Below are positions 1-7,996 of a stretch of DNA of 64,000 nt, piece by piece. The notes beneath the pieces were generated by a model. The model saw only the letters and a list, made by a program, of their open reading frames with translations. It did not search any database and had not been told where the DNA came from. This DNA comes from a virus. Its lineage: Duplodnaviria > Caudoviricetes. The stretch lies in IMG/VR virus record IMGVR_UViG_3300032007_000010; one strand, 5' to 3'. A program made the translations under genes and the position numbers. How positions within the stretch are numbered: the stretch's first letter is position 1; each line of letters starts with the position of its first letter.

Positions 1-315
1 TACGTTGGCGATGATCCAGTCGATACCGTCGAAGCGCACATACGAACCCTTGGTAAGAGTACCCGAAATTCTATCTGAACCATATTCACCAGCTGGTTTC
101 CCGGTAATTAGTTGACCGTACGCATCCCAGGCATATATACCATACTCAAGATCATCCACTGTTACATTTGCCCCAGAAAAATCGAAAGTCTTCTCATTGT
201 ACATTTGTTCCCAGTACGCAGCCTGTTGCTGTGCTGCCGTCAACTGCGTTCGCAATGTTCCGATCTCGGCATTGAGCTCAGAGATCTTCGAAGCATTTGG
301 CTTATTATAGATCAT
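1..315 (-). CDS. Putative tail-fibre/receptor-binding-type protein, N-terminal part (runs off the window)
   Basis: Not in ORF track. Manual translation from ATG at 315 after GGAGG: MIYNKPNASKISELNAEIGTLRTQL...SGANVTVDDLEYGIYAWDAYGQLITG...GSYVRFDGIDWIIANV, open to the window edge; coiled coil then fibre-like motif. Confidence 0.55.
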   Translation of the reverse strand, partial: MIYNKPNASKISELNAEIGTLRTQLTAAQQQAAYWEQMYNEKTFDFSGANVTVDDLEYGIYAWDAYGQLITGKPAGEYGSDRISGTLTKGSYVRFDGIDWIIANV

Positions 316-360
316 GTCTGATCCTCCATGCGCTACAGCCCTACCCTCTGTGCGCTTATC

Positions 361-372
361 TATAACCATGTC
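361..372 (-). promoter_or_regulatory. Late-type promoter motif GACA-TGGTTA-TA within a perfect inverted repeat (TATAACCATG T CATGGTTATA)
   Basis: Matches the recurrent ACA-N6-TA motif; upstream of the 315 start. Confidence 0.45.
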
Positions 373-390
373 ATGGTTATAGATCTCGAA

Positions 391-411
391 CCCCTCCCGA
401 ACCGGGAGGGG
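391..411 (-). terminator. Putative terminator hairpin CCCCTCCCG/CGGGAGGGG
   Basis: GC-rich inverted repeat just after the stop of 417..1049. Confidence 0.5.
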
Positions 412-416
412 CAGGA

Positions 417-1049
417 TCATTTGAAGGACTTCAGTTTTTCGGCCACATCGAAGAGGCCGCTGTCGGTCATTTCGCCACGATGCTTCTCGGCGAGCTTAAT
501 ATACTTTTCCACGCGCTGCCAGTGATTGTCTTCCATTCCGTCATACCATCGATCGATGAAACGGTCCACACGACCGACCGTGGCCTTGATGTCGATGAAG
601 ACTGCATCACCCTTGTGCACCGCCTTGTGCGCGGTCTTGGTGAGAAAGACCACCTGCACGTTATCGAGCTCATGCTCGGTCAGCACCTGATCAGCCACAT
701 CGAAGCTGCACAGGTCCTTTATCTTCCCACGGCGCATGGATGCCTTGAGCACAATATCGCAGTAATCGAACAGTGTGAACAAACTGCCGTGGTGCATCTC
801 CAGGTCCACGTTGTCATTCTTTTCCACCACATGACCGATGATGGCGCAGTGATCAAAGCCTGCCTGGCGCACCTTGCCCACGTACTTCTTGTATCGATCA
901 TCCTTGCGCACCGCAAATTCACAGGCCTTCACAAATTTGACATAGGAATCGTAGTCGTGAAGAAGCACCTCCGGATCCGCGCCGAAGGATATGAACTTAT
1001 CCTCGTTGCGTCCGGTTCCATATATCCGAATCACATCGCTCTTGGCCAT
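417..1049 (-). CDS. Hypothetical protein with His-rich HNH-like motif
   Basis: 210 aa; C..IG...LEMHHG.LFTLFD and H..VH motifs; GGGGGTG RBS. Confidence 0.6.
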   Translation of the reverse strand: MAKSDVIRIYGTGRNEDKFISFGADPEVLLHDYDSYVKFVKACEFAVRKDDRYKKYVGKVRQAGFDHCAIIGHVVEKNDNVDLEMHHGSLFTLFDYCDIVLKASMRRGKIKDLCSFDVADQVLTEHELDNVQVVFLTKTAHKAVHKGDAVFIDIKATVGRVDRFIDRWYDGMEDNHWQRVEKYIKLAEKHRGEMTDSGLFDVAEKLKSFK

Positions 1050-1067
1050 TTATTTTTACACCCCCAT

Positions 1068-1087
1068 AACATTATTATAGGATCGTT
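1068..1087. promoter_or_regulatory. Overlapping divergent late-type promoters: AACATTATTATA (+, 1068-1079) and AACGATCCTATA (-, 1076-1087)
   Basis: Both fit the ACA-N6-TA motif seen at many other sites (the minus-strand copy has ACG). Confidence 0.5.
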
Positions 1088-1400
1088 GAATGTTTTCGAT
1101 TTCGACGACCCATGAATCACAAGGGGGGGGTTTGACCCCACCAAAAACAACCGTCGATCGTGAATCGACACAACAACCTCACTTCGCTACAATCATACTC
1201 GTTTGAACCTCCTACACAATACAAATTCGGTAACCAGCCAAAAACATCCTTTCTTAGCAATGGGGAAAGATCTCGGATTTGACCGAGCCGTAAACCATGC
1301 TCACAACACGTGATGCTTTCTTTTTATGTCTTTCGACACGTGGTAGTGAAACTCCTTTCTAAAAGCATAGCACGCTCCCCGGGTTGATTCCCGGGGAGCC
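1079..1400 (+). ncRNA. Putative ~320-nt non-coding RNA with four anti-Shine-Dalgarno segments
   Basis: No ORF of 60 aa or more starts here; upstream promoter motif; short hairpins separated by A/C-rich linkers; ACCTCAC, ACCTCCT, TCCTTTCT, CTCCTTTCTA; 10-bp terminal hairpin 1374-1399. Confidence 0.4.
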
Positions 1401-1419
1401 GTCGTTTCATATGACCGCG

Positions 1420-1431
1420 AACATCCTTATA
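1420..1431 (+). promoter_or_regulatory. Late-type promoter AACA-TCCTTA-TA
   Basis: Motif upstream of the structural/RNAP operon. Confidence 0.6.
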
Positions 1432-1479
1432 AGTTGGAGAATGACCTATTTTTATGCCAGGAAAGGCGGTGTATATTGA

Positions 1480-3690
1480 GTGACCTACGAATTTCTCCAA
1501 AGTCTGTACAGCGATATTCTGCTCATGCTCGAGCGCATCGTCGTCAAGCGCGATGATCTTGCGTACGAGAACGAGACCGCCGAGACGGCGCGGGCCTTTG
1601 ATCTATATCTAAGCTGCCTCAATGGCAGCCGCTATTTCTACAACTTCAAGAACTTCGACATCGATATTCTTCAGAAGTACCTTGATCCGGCGGCTGTCAA
1701 CGAGTGCTACTATGATTCCAATAAGATTCCGGAGGAATACAGAGAATCGATCGTCGAGGACCAGTCGAACAGGGTCATCAACAACTTCGAGGAAAAGAAT
1801 AACTACTATCGGATGCTGATGGGTCTTCCCAACGTGGAGGATACCCAATGGATCTACCTCACCGACACCGAGGGGATTCCGAGCGACGTGCCGGTGCACG
1901 AGCTCAGCGTCGAGCAGATCAGCTACCTCGATGCGTCCGGCATCATCGACAAGCTCAAGCTTCTATACCCCGATGCGGCCTACCTCGACTATCTCGGCGC
2001 CAACTCCATCGACCATCTGACGGCGCGGCTCGCAAAGCCCTTTGATATCCTTCGGCTCGGTGTTCCGACCCGAGCCTCGGCAACCCTCGTTAAGGAGATG
2101 TTCGAGCGCGAATATTACTGTGCCCGACGCTATGTGATGGCAAACATCTATGACACAACACTCTTCAACAATCGCACACTCTACGAGCCGGTGATCGGTG
2201 TGCTTATGCTGACACTCGCCGTGCGGAACACGCTTGTTCCGGACGAGGCCGCATATCTGAACTTCGAAGAGATTCTCGACGCGATCCTCGAGTCCTATGG
2301 CATGCTCAAATACTTCGAGAATTTCCCGTTCATCTTCAAGCGTCGGCTTGTCATGGCCATGGATAAGATCCTCACCATAAAAGGCACCGACAAGGTCCTC
2401 GTCGATGTGTGCAAGATCTTCTCCATGGATAACTTCATAGCCAACAGATACTACCTCATGAAGTATCAACCGAAGACCACGGACGGGACAATTCCGGTGA
2501 GTGGAGATCCCACCAAGGACTATGATCTCAAGTTCGTCAAGGTTCCGATCGTTGATGATGATATCGGGTTTGGTACAGAGGACGTGACCGACTATGAGAC
2601 CGTCACAAAGCCGGACTATCTCTGGCAGCTCAGCGACGAGGAATATCGGAAGATGCTCGCCGATGACTTTAATCTGCGCATGACCAAGTATGTGGATGTT
2701 GAGGCTGCCTATGATGTATCTGCGCTCAACTTCGAGGTGTGTTACTTCCTCAACATGATTCTCCAATCGAGACCCTACGAATCTAAGATCTTCTGCACCA
2801 ACCAATACACAACCGCCGGCAAGAGCGACATCTATACCATGATTGTTTTTCTGCTCGCCGGTCTTGCCAAACGATCCGGCTTCGATGGCAACATTGTGTA
2901 CGAGGCAGAGGACATTGCGGAAATCATGCGCTTTGATTCTGGAGCTGTCGGCGAGGAAATCCAGCGCATCGTAAACTCATACGAATCGCTCATCGATGTG
3001 GATGCCGGAACAACACTGGTACCGGGCTATGATAGTCCTCCCGCGCTTTCGCTTCCACACCGTGCCGGCACCACAGATCTTGAGATGATCGAAATGTATG
3101 TGCACAATCGTGCGATGTACAACGCCATCGTCAAGGAGATGAACTCCACCAATGACATTCGTCGATACATCGCACTCCAACATGCGCGCGACTGTCTCTA
3201 CATCTCGCACATGGAGCACGAAAATTTCCGCAAAGTTGACGGTAGCTATGCCACGACCTACCATGAGATGCTCGAGGAGCTTGACCCGAAGCTCGCGGAG
3301 AAGCTCGATTCCATAGACATGGACGAGAATGCCAACGAACTCGATGTGGTTCTTGTCTATGCGCTCGAAAAGCTCGAGGACCTGTTCTCCTCCGAAGAGC
3401 TCAAGTATCTATTCATCAACACATCCTCTGCCTATGGCGCACTGATCGAAAAATATCTGCGCATGGCGATCAATGTATTCAAGGCGTCTTCGGTCCAGCT
3501 AGATTCGATCAATGTGATCTTCACGCTCGGTGACGATATACCGATTCGAGTGATTGACCAGCTCGAACACCACGAGACAGAGGCGCTCGACGATACGGTC
3601 TATGTTTCCGACGAACTGGCGTTCCACCGCAGCATCGCGATCGATGATGTGGTGAGGGTTGAGACGAAGGCGTATAACAATATCCAATGA
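1480..3690 (+). CDS. Putative virion structural protein (baseplate wedge-like)
   Basis: 736 aa; NNYYRMLMGLP and IKGTDKVLVDVCKIF motifs recalled from jumbo-phage virion proteins; follows late motif. Confidence 0.55.
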   Translation: MTYEFLQSLYSDILLMLERIVVKRDDLAYENETAETARAFDLYLSCLNGSRYFYNFKNFDIDILQKYLDPAAVNECYYDSNKIPEEYRESIVEDQSNRVINNFEEKNNYYRMLMGLPNVEDTQWIYLTDTEGIPSDVPVHELSVEQISYLDASGIIDKLKLLYPDAAYLDYLGANSIDHLTARLAKPFDILRLGVPTRASATLVKEMFEREYYCARRYVMANIYDTTLFNNRTLYEPVIGVLMLTLAVRNTLVPDEAAYLNFEEILDAILESYGMLKYFENFPFIFKRRLVMAMDKILTIKGTDKVLVDVCKIFSMDNFIANRYYLMKYQPKTTDGTIPVSGDPTKDYDLKFVKVPIVDDDIGFGTEDVTDYETVTKPDYLWQLSDEEYRKMLADDFNLRMTKYVDVEAAYDVSALNFEVCYFLNMILQSRPYESKIFCTNQYTTAGKSDIYTMIVFLLAGLAKRSGFDGNIVYEAEDIAEIMRFDSGAVGEEIQRIVNSYESLIDVDAGTTLVPGYDSPPALSLPHRAGTTDLEMIEMYVHNRAMYNAIVKEMNSTNDIRRYIALQHARDCLYISHMEHENFRKVDGSYATTYHEMLEELDPKLAEKLDSIDMDENANELDVVLVYALEKLEDLFSSEELKYLFINTSSAYGALIEKYLRMAINVFKASSVQLDSINVIFTLGDDIPIRVIDQLEHHETEALDDTVYVSDELAFHRSIAIDDVVRVETKAYNNIQ

Positions 3691-3707
3691 AAGGGAGGTT
3701 CCAGCCA

Positions 3708-4562
3708 ATGAATCCAAAGAATGAACACGTGCACATCGGCGAGATTCTCGATGTGAATGGTCGTCGCTATGATGGTGAAGCGGGACGCATCATCGGTGAT
3801 GTGACCGTTATCCATAGATCCAAACGTGGAAATGTCATGTTTACTCGCACGCTCCACGATCACAATGATCTTCTCGTCACGGGTGCAGTCTTCCTCTCCG
3901 AGAAGGCCAACAACATGCGTTCAGGTTTTATCACCACCGCCAATGACGTGTCCCTCGGAGTGCACACGGCCGATCAGCTTGTCATCGATGATACGACGAT
4001 CCCCGAAGAAAAGATTGCTGGCATCATGGTTGGCAACGGCGGGTCCGGAGACACCTACAACACGGTGTACAAGGTCGATCGTTCTGCGCTCACCGTTCCA
4101 TCTCCGGTGCCCTTCCGCGTCGTTCCGGTCGCCGAAGACCTCAGCGGCGAAACATGCAAGAAATACTTCCTGCGCGTGGTCCGCGGTGACTATGCGTATT
4201 ACTATGGCAAGACCTTCGACATCGACCGTGAGATATGTGTCCTCTATGAGGATGGGACCACGGTTCCGGTGGATGCCGATACATCCTCTTCCTCCGGCAA
4301 GTTCGTGCGAGTGTTTTCTCGCTACCGTGCGGTGCTCGATGCCGAGGATATCCGTGAGTTCTTCAAGGTGAACTATGGGTCCACGCTGCGCTCGCTCATC
4401 AACTCGGTCGGTCTTGTTACCGGCTATCCGGGCGTCGCCAGCGATGGTTCCTATGATGAATTCTTCAATGTGCGCACCATGACCACCATGAACATGGAGA
4501 ACCAAGAGCTAAAGGATTCCGAGTCCACGGTCACCTTTATATACAGACTCTTCATCCAGTGA
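3708..4562 (+). CDS. Putative virion structural protein
   Basis: GGGAGG RBS; MVGNGG and VPFR motifs; same operon as upstream structural gene. Confidence 0.5.
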   Translation: MNPKNEHVHIGEILDVNGRRYDGEAGRIIGDVTVIHRSKRGNVMFTRTLHDHNDLLVTGAVFLSEKANNMRSGFITTANDVSLGVHTADQLVIDDTTIPEEKIAGIMVGNGGSGDTYNTVYKVDRSALTVPSPVPFRVVPVAEDLSGETCKKYFLRVVRGDYAYYYGKTFDIDREICVLYEDGTTVPVDADTSSSSGKFVRVFSRYRAVLDAEDIREFFKVNYGSTLRSLINSVGLVTGYPGVASDGSYDEFFNVRTMTTMNMENQELKDSESTVTFIYRLFIQ

Positions 4563-4581
4563 TAGAAAGGAGTGTTGGTCC

Positions 4582-5796
4582 ATGGCTCGTGATCTGAGAG
4601 GCACTCCGAAGGAACAGCAGTTCTTTGCGCTGCTCAAGACCGTCGATCTCAATAATCCGACCGCGGATTTCTTTGACAAAGCTTTTGCGGCGCACCTGGA
4701 TGGTCCGGAACTCTTTCATCCCGACGATGTGATTCGCATCGGTCCCGAACACTCCAGGTTTGTGAAGCCAGACTCCGATACCACCATAGGCATCTTCATC
4801 GTGAATAAGTTCATCTTCGAGATGCTCGAGGTATTCGGTTATCTGAATGTGGAGTTTGGCAAGGTGTGGAAGAAGCTCGATGCGAAGGTCGCAGAAGCGC
4901 TGGTGGCCGGAGACATAACCACCGAACAGTTTGGAGAATACATTGACCGCTGCCAGTTTCTCTTCGGTGGAACACTCGCGCACATCATCAATCCATCACT
5001 GTCTTCGACCATCATCAAACTGCCACCCGCCGCCAAGAAGCAGAAAAAGGAACTCATGAAAGAGAATGCCGAAGCCCTCGCCGCAAACGATACCGAGGCA
5101 GCGTCGCGCGTCGAACGTGCGGTCACAAAGACCGCGGTCGATGAGATGCGCAAGGCCGGTGACCCCGCCATCTCAATCTTCGATTCCGGAGCAGTTGACC
5201 CGTACAACAACATGAAGACCATGCTCGTGATGAAGGGTTCTGTCGAAGATCCCACCGGCGAATCTCCGACCGGATACAAGGTTGTCACCAGTGACTACAA
5301 CGAGGGCATCTCGAAGAAGGATATGCCAGCCATTGCGAATGCCGTGGTGAACTCGTCCTATTCATCCGGCGTTAAGACACAGGATGCTGGTTACATCGGC
5401 AAGAAATACAATGTGCTCATGCAACGCGTGACCATCGGTCCCAAGGGCTCCGACTGTGGAACCGGTGATACGATGACGGCGGTTGTAACCTCCCGCTTCC
5501 TCCATCGTTTTATGCTCGAGGGCAACAAACTCGTGGAACTCACCGCAGAGAACCTCGATCAATACAAGGGCAAACGCGTGAGGTTCAGATCTCCGCTGCA
5601 CTGCAAGATGAAGGATCCATGCTATTGCAACGTGTGTGTGGGTAATCGATTCTATAATCTTGGCATCAACAATGTCGGTCTCAGCATGAGTGTTCTGAGC
5701 GGATCTCTGCTGAATGCGTCGCTCCAGAGCAAGCACAACTCGGTATTGAGCTTCTACAAGCTGACATCGGATGACCTGATGAAATACGTGAACTGA
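4582..5796 (+). CDS. Phage multisubunit RNA polymerase beta' subunit, C-terminal fragment (probably virion RNAP)
   Basis: Bridge-helix-like TQDAGYIGKK, SDCGT, RSPLHCK and CNVCVG zinc-site motifs typical of the RpoC C-terminal half. Confidence 0.88.
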   Translation: MARDLRGTPKEQQFFALLKTVDLNNPTADFFDKAFAAHLDGPELFHPDDVIRIGPEHSRFVKPDSDTTIGIFIVNKFIFEMLEVFGYLNVEFGKVWKKLDAKVAEALVAGDITTEQFGEYIDRCQFLFGGTLAHIINPSLSSTIIKLPPAAKKQKKELMKENAEALAANDTEAASRVERAVTKTAVDEMRKAGDPAISIFDSGAVDPYNNMKTMLVMKGSVEDPTGESPTGYKVVTSDYNEGISKKDMPAIANAVVNSSYSSGVKTQDAGYIGKKYNVLMQRVTIGPKGSDCGTGDTMTAVVTSRFLHRFMLEGNKLVELTAENLDQYKGKRVRFRSPLHCKMKDPCYCNVCVGNRFYNLGINNVGLSMSVLSGSLLNASLQSKHNSVLSFYKLTSDDLMKYVN

Positions 5797-5807
5797 TCAA
5801 AGCAACA

Positions 5808-5833
5808 GCACACCCGGTCGATTCCGGGTGTGC
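5808..5833 (+). terminator. Terminator-like hairpin GCACACCCGG/CCGGGTGTGC
   Basis: Inverted repeat followed by TTCTCTT after RNAP gene. Confidence 0.6.
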
Positions 5834-5876
5834 TTCTCTTCGTTCCGCTCATTTTCTCGGAGCATTCTCATCGATG

Positions 5877-5888
5877 AACATTACTATG
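5877..5888 (+). promoter_or_regulatory. Late-type promoter AACA-TTACTA-TG
   Basis: Motif match. Confidence 0.45.
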
Positions 5889-5935
5889 ATGCAGTGCAGG
5901 AGTGTATCTATCCGAGCAAAATGGGGGGTGTTCCA

Positions 5936-6445
5936 TTGAAGACATTTGAATTAAAGGTTACAGCACCCCCGGTGGTAGGGGCTCTGACCTCTCAAGACCT
6001 TGAATATGTGGTGAGTCGCATCGGGCATCACAGGTTTCTGTCCAGCTCATCGTCCAGCCTTACGGTGCTACGCTCCAAACTATTCGAAGCGTGCAAAACC
6101 ATGGCGTATATTAGCCAGATACTCCACAACTTCTTCGAACTCTCATCGCTGAATATTTGCATGGATGAGGATGGACGATCCTCGATCGGAATAATCCGTG
6201 TGCTATCGTTCATATCACGTCATAGCCTCGAAAGCTTCGATGATAATTCGTATGTGGAAATTAAATTCGATGCAAGGTCCGAATCTAGGGAATACTACCG
6301 GGTACGTGTATGGCGCGGCGACAGGATGTGTGTAGATCGTGTCTACGAGGTAAAGGACCATATCTATTCGTATGATATGAATTTTCCAACACCGAGCGAA
6401 TTCGCATACATGATCGCAAGAGCGCTTACCGAAGAGAGAATCTAA
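5936..6445 (+). CDS. Hypothetical protein
   Basis: ORF; TTG start after GGGGGTG RBS. Confidence 0.55.
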   Translation: MKTFELKVTAPPVVGALTSQDLEYVVSRIGHHRFLSSSSSSLTVLRSKLFEACKTMAYISQILHNFFELSSLNICMDEDGRSSIGIIRVLSFISRHSLESFDDNSYVEIKFDARSESREYYRVRVWRGDRMCVDRVYEVKDHIYSYDMNFPTPSEFAYMIARALTEERI

Positions 6446-6459
6446 CAGAGAAAAGACTG

Positions 6460-6492
6460 TGACACCCCTGAATCAGGGGTGTCATTTATTTT
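6460..6492 (+). terminator. Intrinsic terminator TGACACCCCTG/CAGGGGTGTCA plus T-rich tail
   Basis: Inverted repeat then TTTATTTT. Confidence 0.65.
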
Positions 6493-6505
6493 ATGAAATG
6501 GAACC

Positions 6506-6519
6506 TACATATGTATAAT
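6506..6519 (+). promoter_or_regulatory. Promoter candidate for the RNA-gene cluster (TACA-TATGTA-TA, also containing TATAAT)
   Basis: Motif match upstream of tmRNA. Confidence 0.45.
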
Positions 6520-6627
6520 GCTGCTTTCATTCATCCTATCCATGGGGATGCTCGGAGTGATTTTGGAATGTGCGATCCGATCTCACTCCGATATCCTTAT
6601 GCCGAAAGCAACATCCATTTTATCTAT

Positions 6628-7044
6628 GGGGGCGAAATGGTTTCGACGGGGGTTGATTCCGAGGATTGCATCGGCTGGCGGAATCCAGCATAAAAGTCCG
6701 ACTCATAAATTAAACGCGAACGATTACTACGTTCCTGCTCAGGCTGCTGCCTAATTAGGCGGTAAGCCCGAGACGAGCCCGAGTACTCTTTGGCGGTTCT
6801 CTTGAGAGCTCGGTAGTTAAGCAAAATCGCCCACCTCCATGGGATAGTTGTGTCACCTAACCATCGTTTTTGAGTAATCAAAACAGAGGTGCAAAGAAAG
6901 ACACGAACAGGTGGGACTGTCTAAAATTCCTATCTACCGGCAAAGTTGCCCGTGCTTAGCCGGTGATTAGGTGATCGGGATAACGATGTAGATATCCAGA
7001 GATAGATGCTTCGGACGCCGGTTCAATTCCGACCGCCTCCACCA
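6628..7044 (+). ncRNA. ssrA: tmRNA, 417 nt; tag peptide ANDYYVPAQAAA (6716-6754)
   Basis: GGGGGCG...CGCCTCC-ACCA acceptor stem with G3.U pair, GGTTTCGAC 5' motif, GGTTCAATTCC T-arm, resume context TAAATTAAAC-GCG, tag ending AAA*. Confidence 0.95.
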
Positions 7045-7133
7045 TAAACTCCAATGCTCGGTAAGAACAGGCTGAGTATTGTTGTTCTTTAATTTGCCCA
7101 CCATGGTAGTAAATATCATGGTGGGCCCAATAT

Positions 7134-7209
7134 CCGGGTGTAGCGAAGTTGGTATCGCGCTTGCTTTGGGAGCATGAGGCCGTGGGTTCGAGTCCCACCA
7201 CTCGGACCA
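7134..7209 (+). tRNA. tRNA-Pro(TGG)
   Basis: Cloverleaf CCGGGTG/CACTCGG, anticodon loop TT-TGG-GA, GGTTCGAGTCC, encoded CCA. Confidence 0.92.
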
Positions 7210-7235
7210 GCTCGCTGCGCAGCGAGCAAAATCAT

Positions 7236-7626
7236 TCTGACACATGGGCATGAATCGGAATCGCCGACGCGATAGGGAGTCCCGCCTGGCGACTCCGTCC
7301 CGTGGTCAGACAAAACGTTGATTCCCTACCACTAGATTGCGATCGCAGGATCGCCGAGGGTGGGGTGGAGTTAGTCCGTAGAATTCCGGGCATCGGCGTC
7401 TGGTAGCTATCCGCCCGATGCTGGCCGTACGACGTCTATCGGTTGGCAAGGTGCCAATCGGGCATATCATTGATGATACCTGTCAGATGACCGTCTCGAA
7501 TATGCTCCGAATCTAATGGATTGACGAAAGCGGGCCGAAAGGTGCTACCGCCGCGTGGTGGACAAAGCTGCATCACACGTTTTCTGGGCGCCGGGGCGGT
7601 GTAATACACGATCCGCCTCGGCAGCC
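7236..7626 (+). ncRNA. Unassigned structured RNA element(s) between tRNA-Pro and tRNA-Leu
   Basis: Non-coding; many nested helices (see findings). Confidence 0.45.
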
Positions 7627-7637
7627 GTCAAACATAT

Positions 7638-7722
7638 GCCGGTATGGCGGAATTGGTAGACGCGCCGGATTTAGGTTCCGGTGTCATATGACGTGTCGTT
7701 TCGAGTACGACTACCGGCACCA
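7638..7722 (+). tRNA. tRNA-Leu(TAG)
   Basis: GCCGGTA/TACCGGC acceptor, CCGGA-TT-TAG-GT-TCCGG anticodon arm, long variable arm, encoded CCA. Confidence 0.92.
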
Positions 7723-7727
7723 ATCAT

Positions 7728-7803
7728 GGGCAATTAGCTTAGCGGTTAAAGCAGCCGGCTCATAACCGGTCGACCCTCTGTTCGAATCAGAGATTGCCCA
7801 CCA
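7728..7803 (+). tRNA. tRNA with CAT anticodon, most likely tRNA-Ile2 (lysidine type)
   Basis: GGGCAAT/ATTGCCC acceptor, GCCGG-CT-CAT-AA-CCGGT arm; paired 1:72 and no GGG/CCC anticodon stem, so not initiator; resembles Bacillota Ile2. Confidence 0.85.
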
Positions 7804-7996
7804 ACCATCTTCGAGAAGGCTTGCCAGCTCACCGCGATAGTCGGATTGAAATCTTTGATCCGATGAAGAAATGGAGGGACAGAAGCCTCACCAAAGCTGG
7901 CCCAACATAGGGCGGAACCACTACCGACGGTCCGCCCGGGATAATTATCACCGAAAGGCACGAACATATTCTTTGATGACAGGGAGGATATCTAAC

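Noticed and set aside
1079-1400. CRISPR mini-array
   Set aside because: No identical direct repeats at regular spacing; only short shared loop sequence (TTTGACC) and anti-SD motifs; no cas genes in the window
6518-6754. 78-aa ORF ending ...ANDYYVPAQAAA
   Set aside because: It is the tmRNA tag frame extended upstream by chance
7312-7590. RNase P RNA, group I intron or SRP RNA identity for the structured element
   Set aside because: Only faint resemblance (GGAGTTAGTCCG, GGACAAAGC); lacks GAGGAAAGUCC and ACAGAA consensus, the R/S order of group I P7, and the SRP GGAA loop motif; needs cmscan to exclude fully
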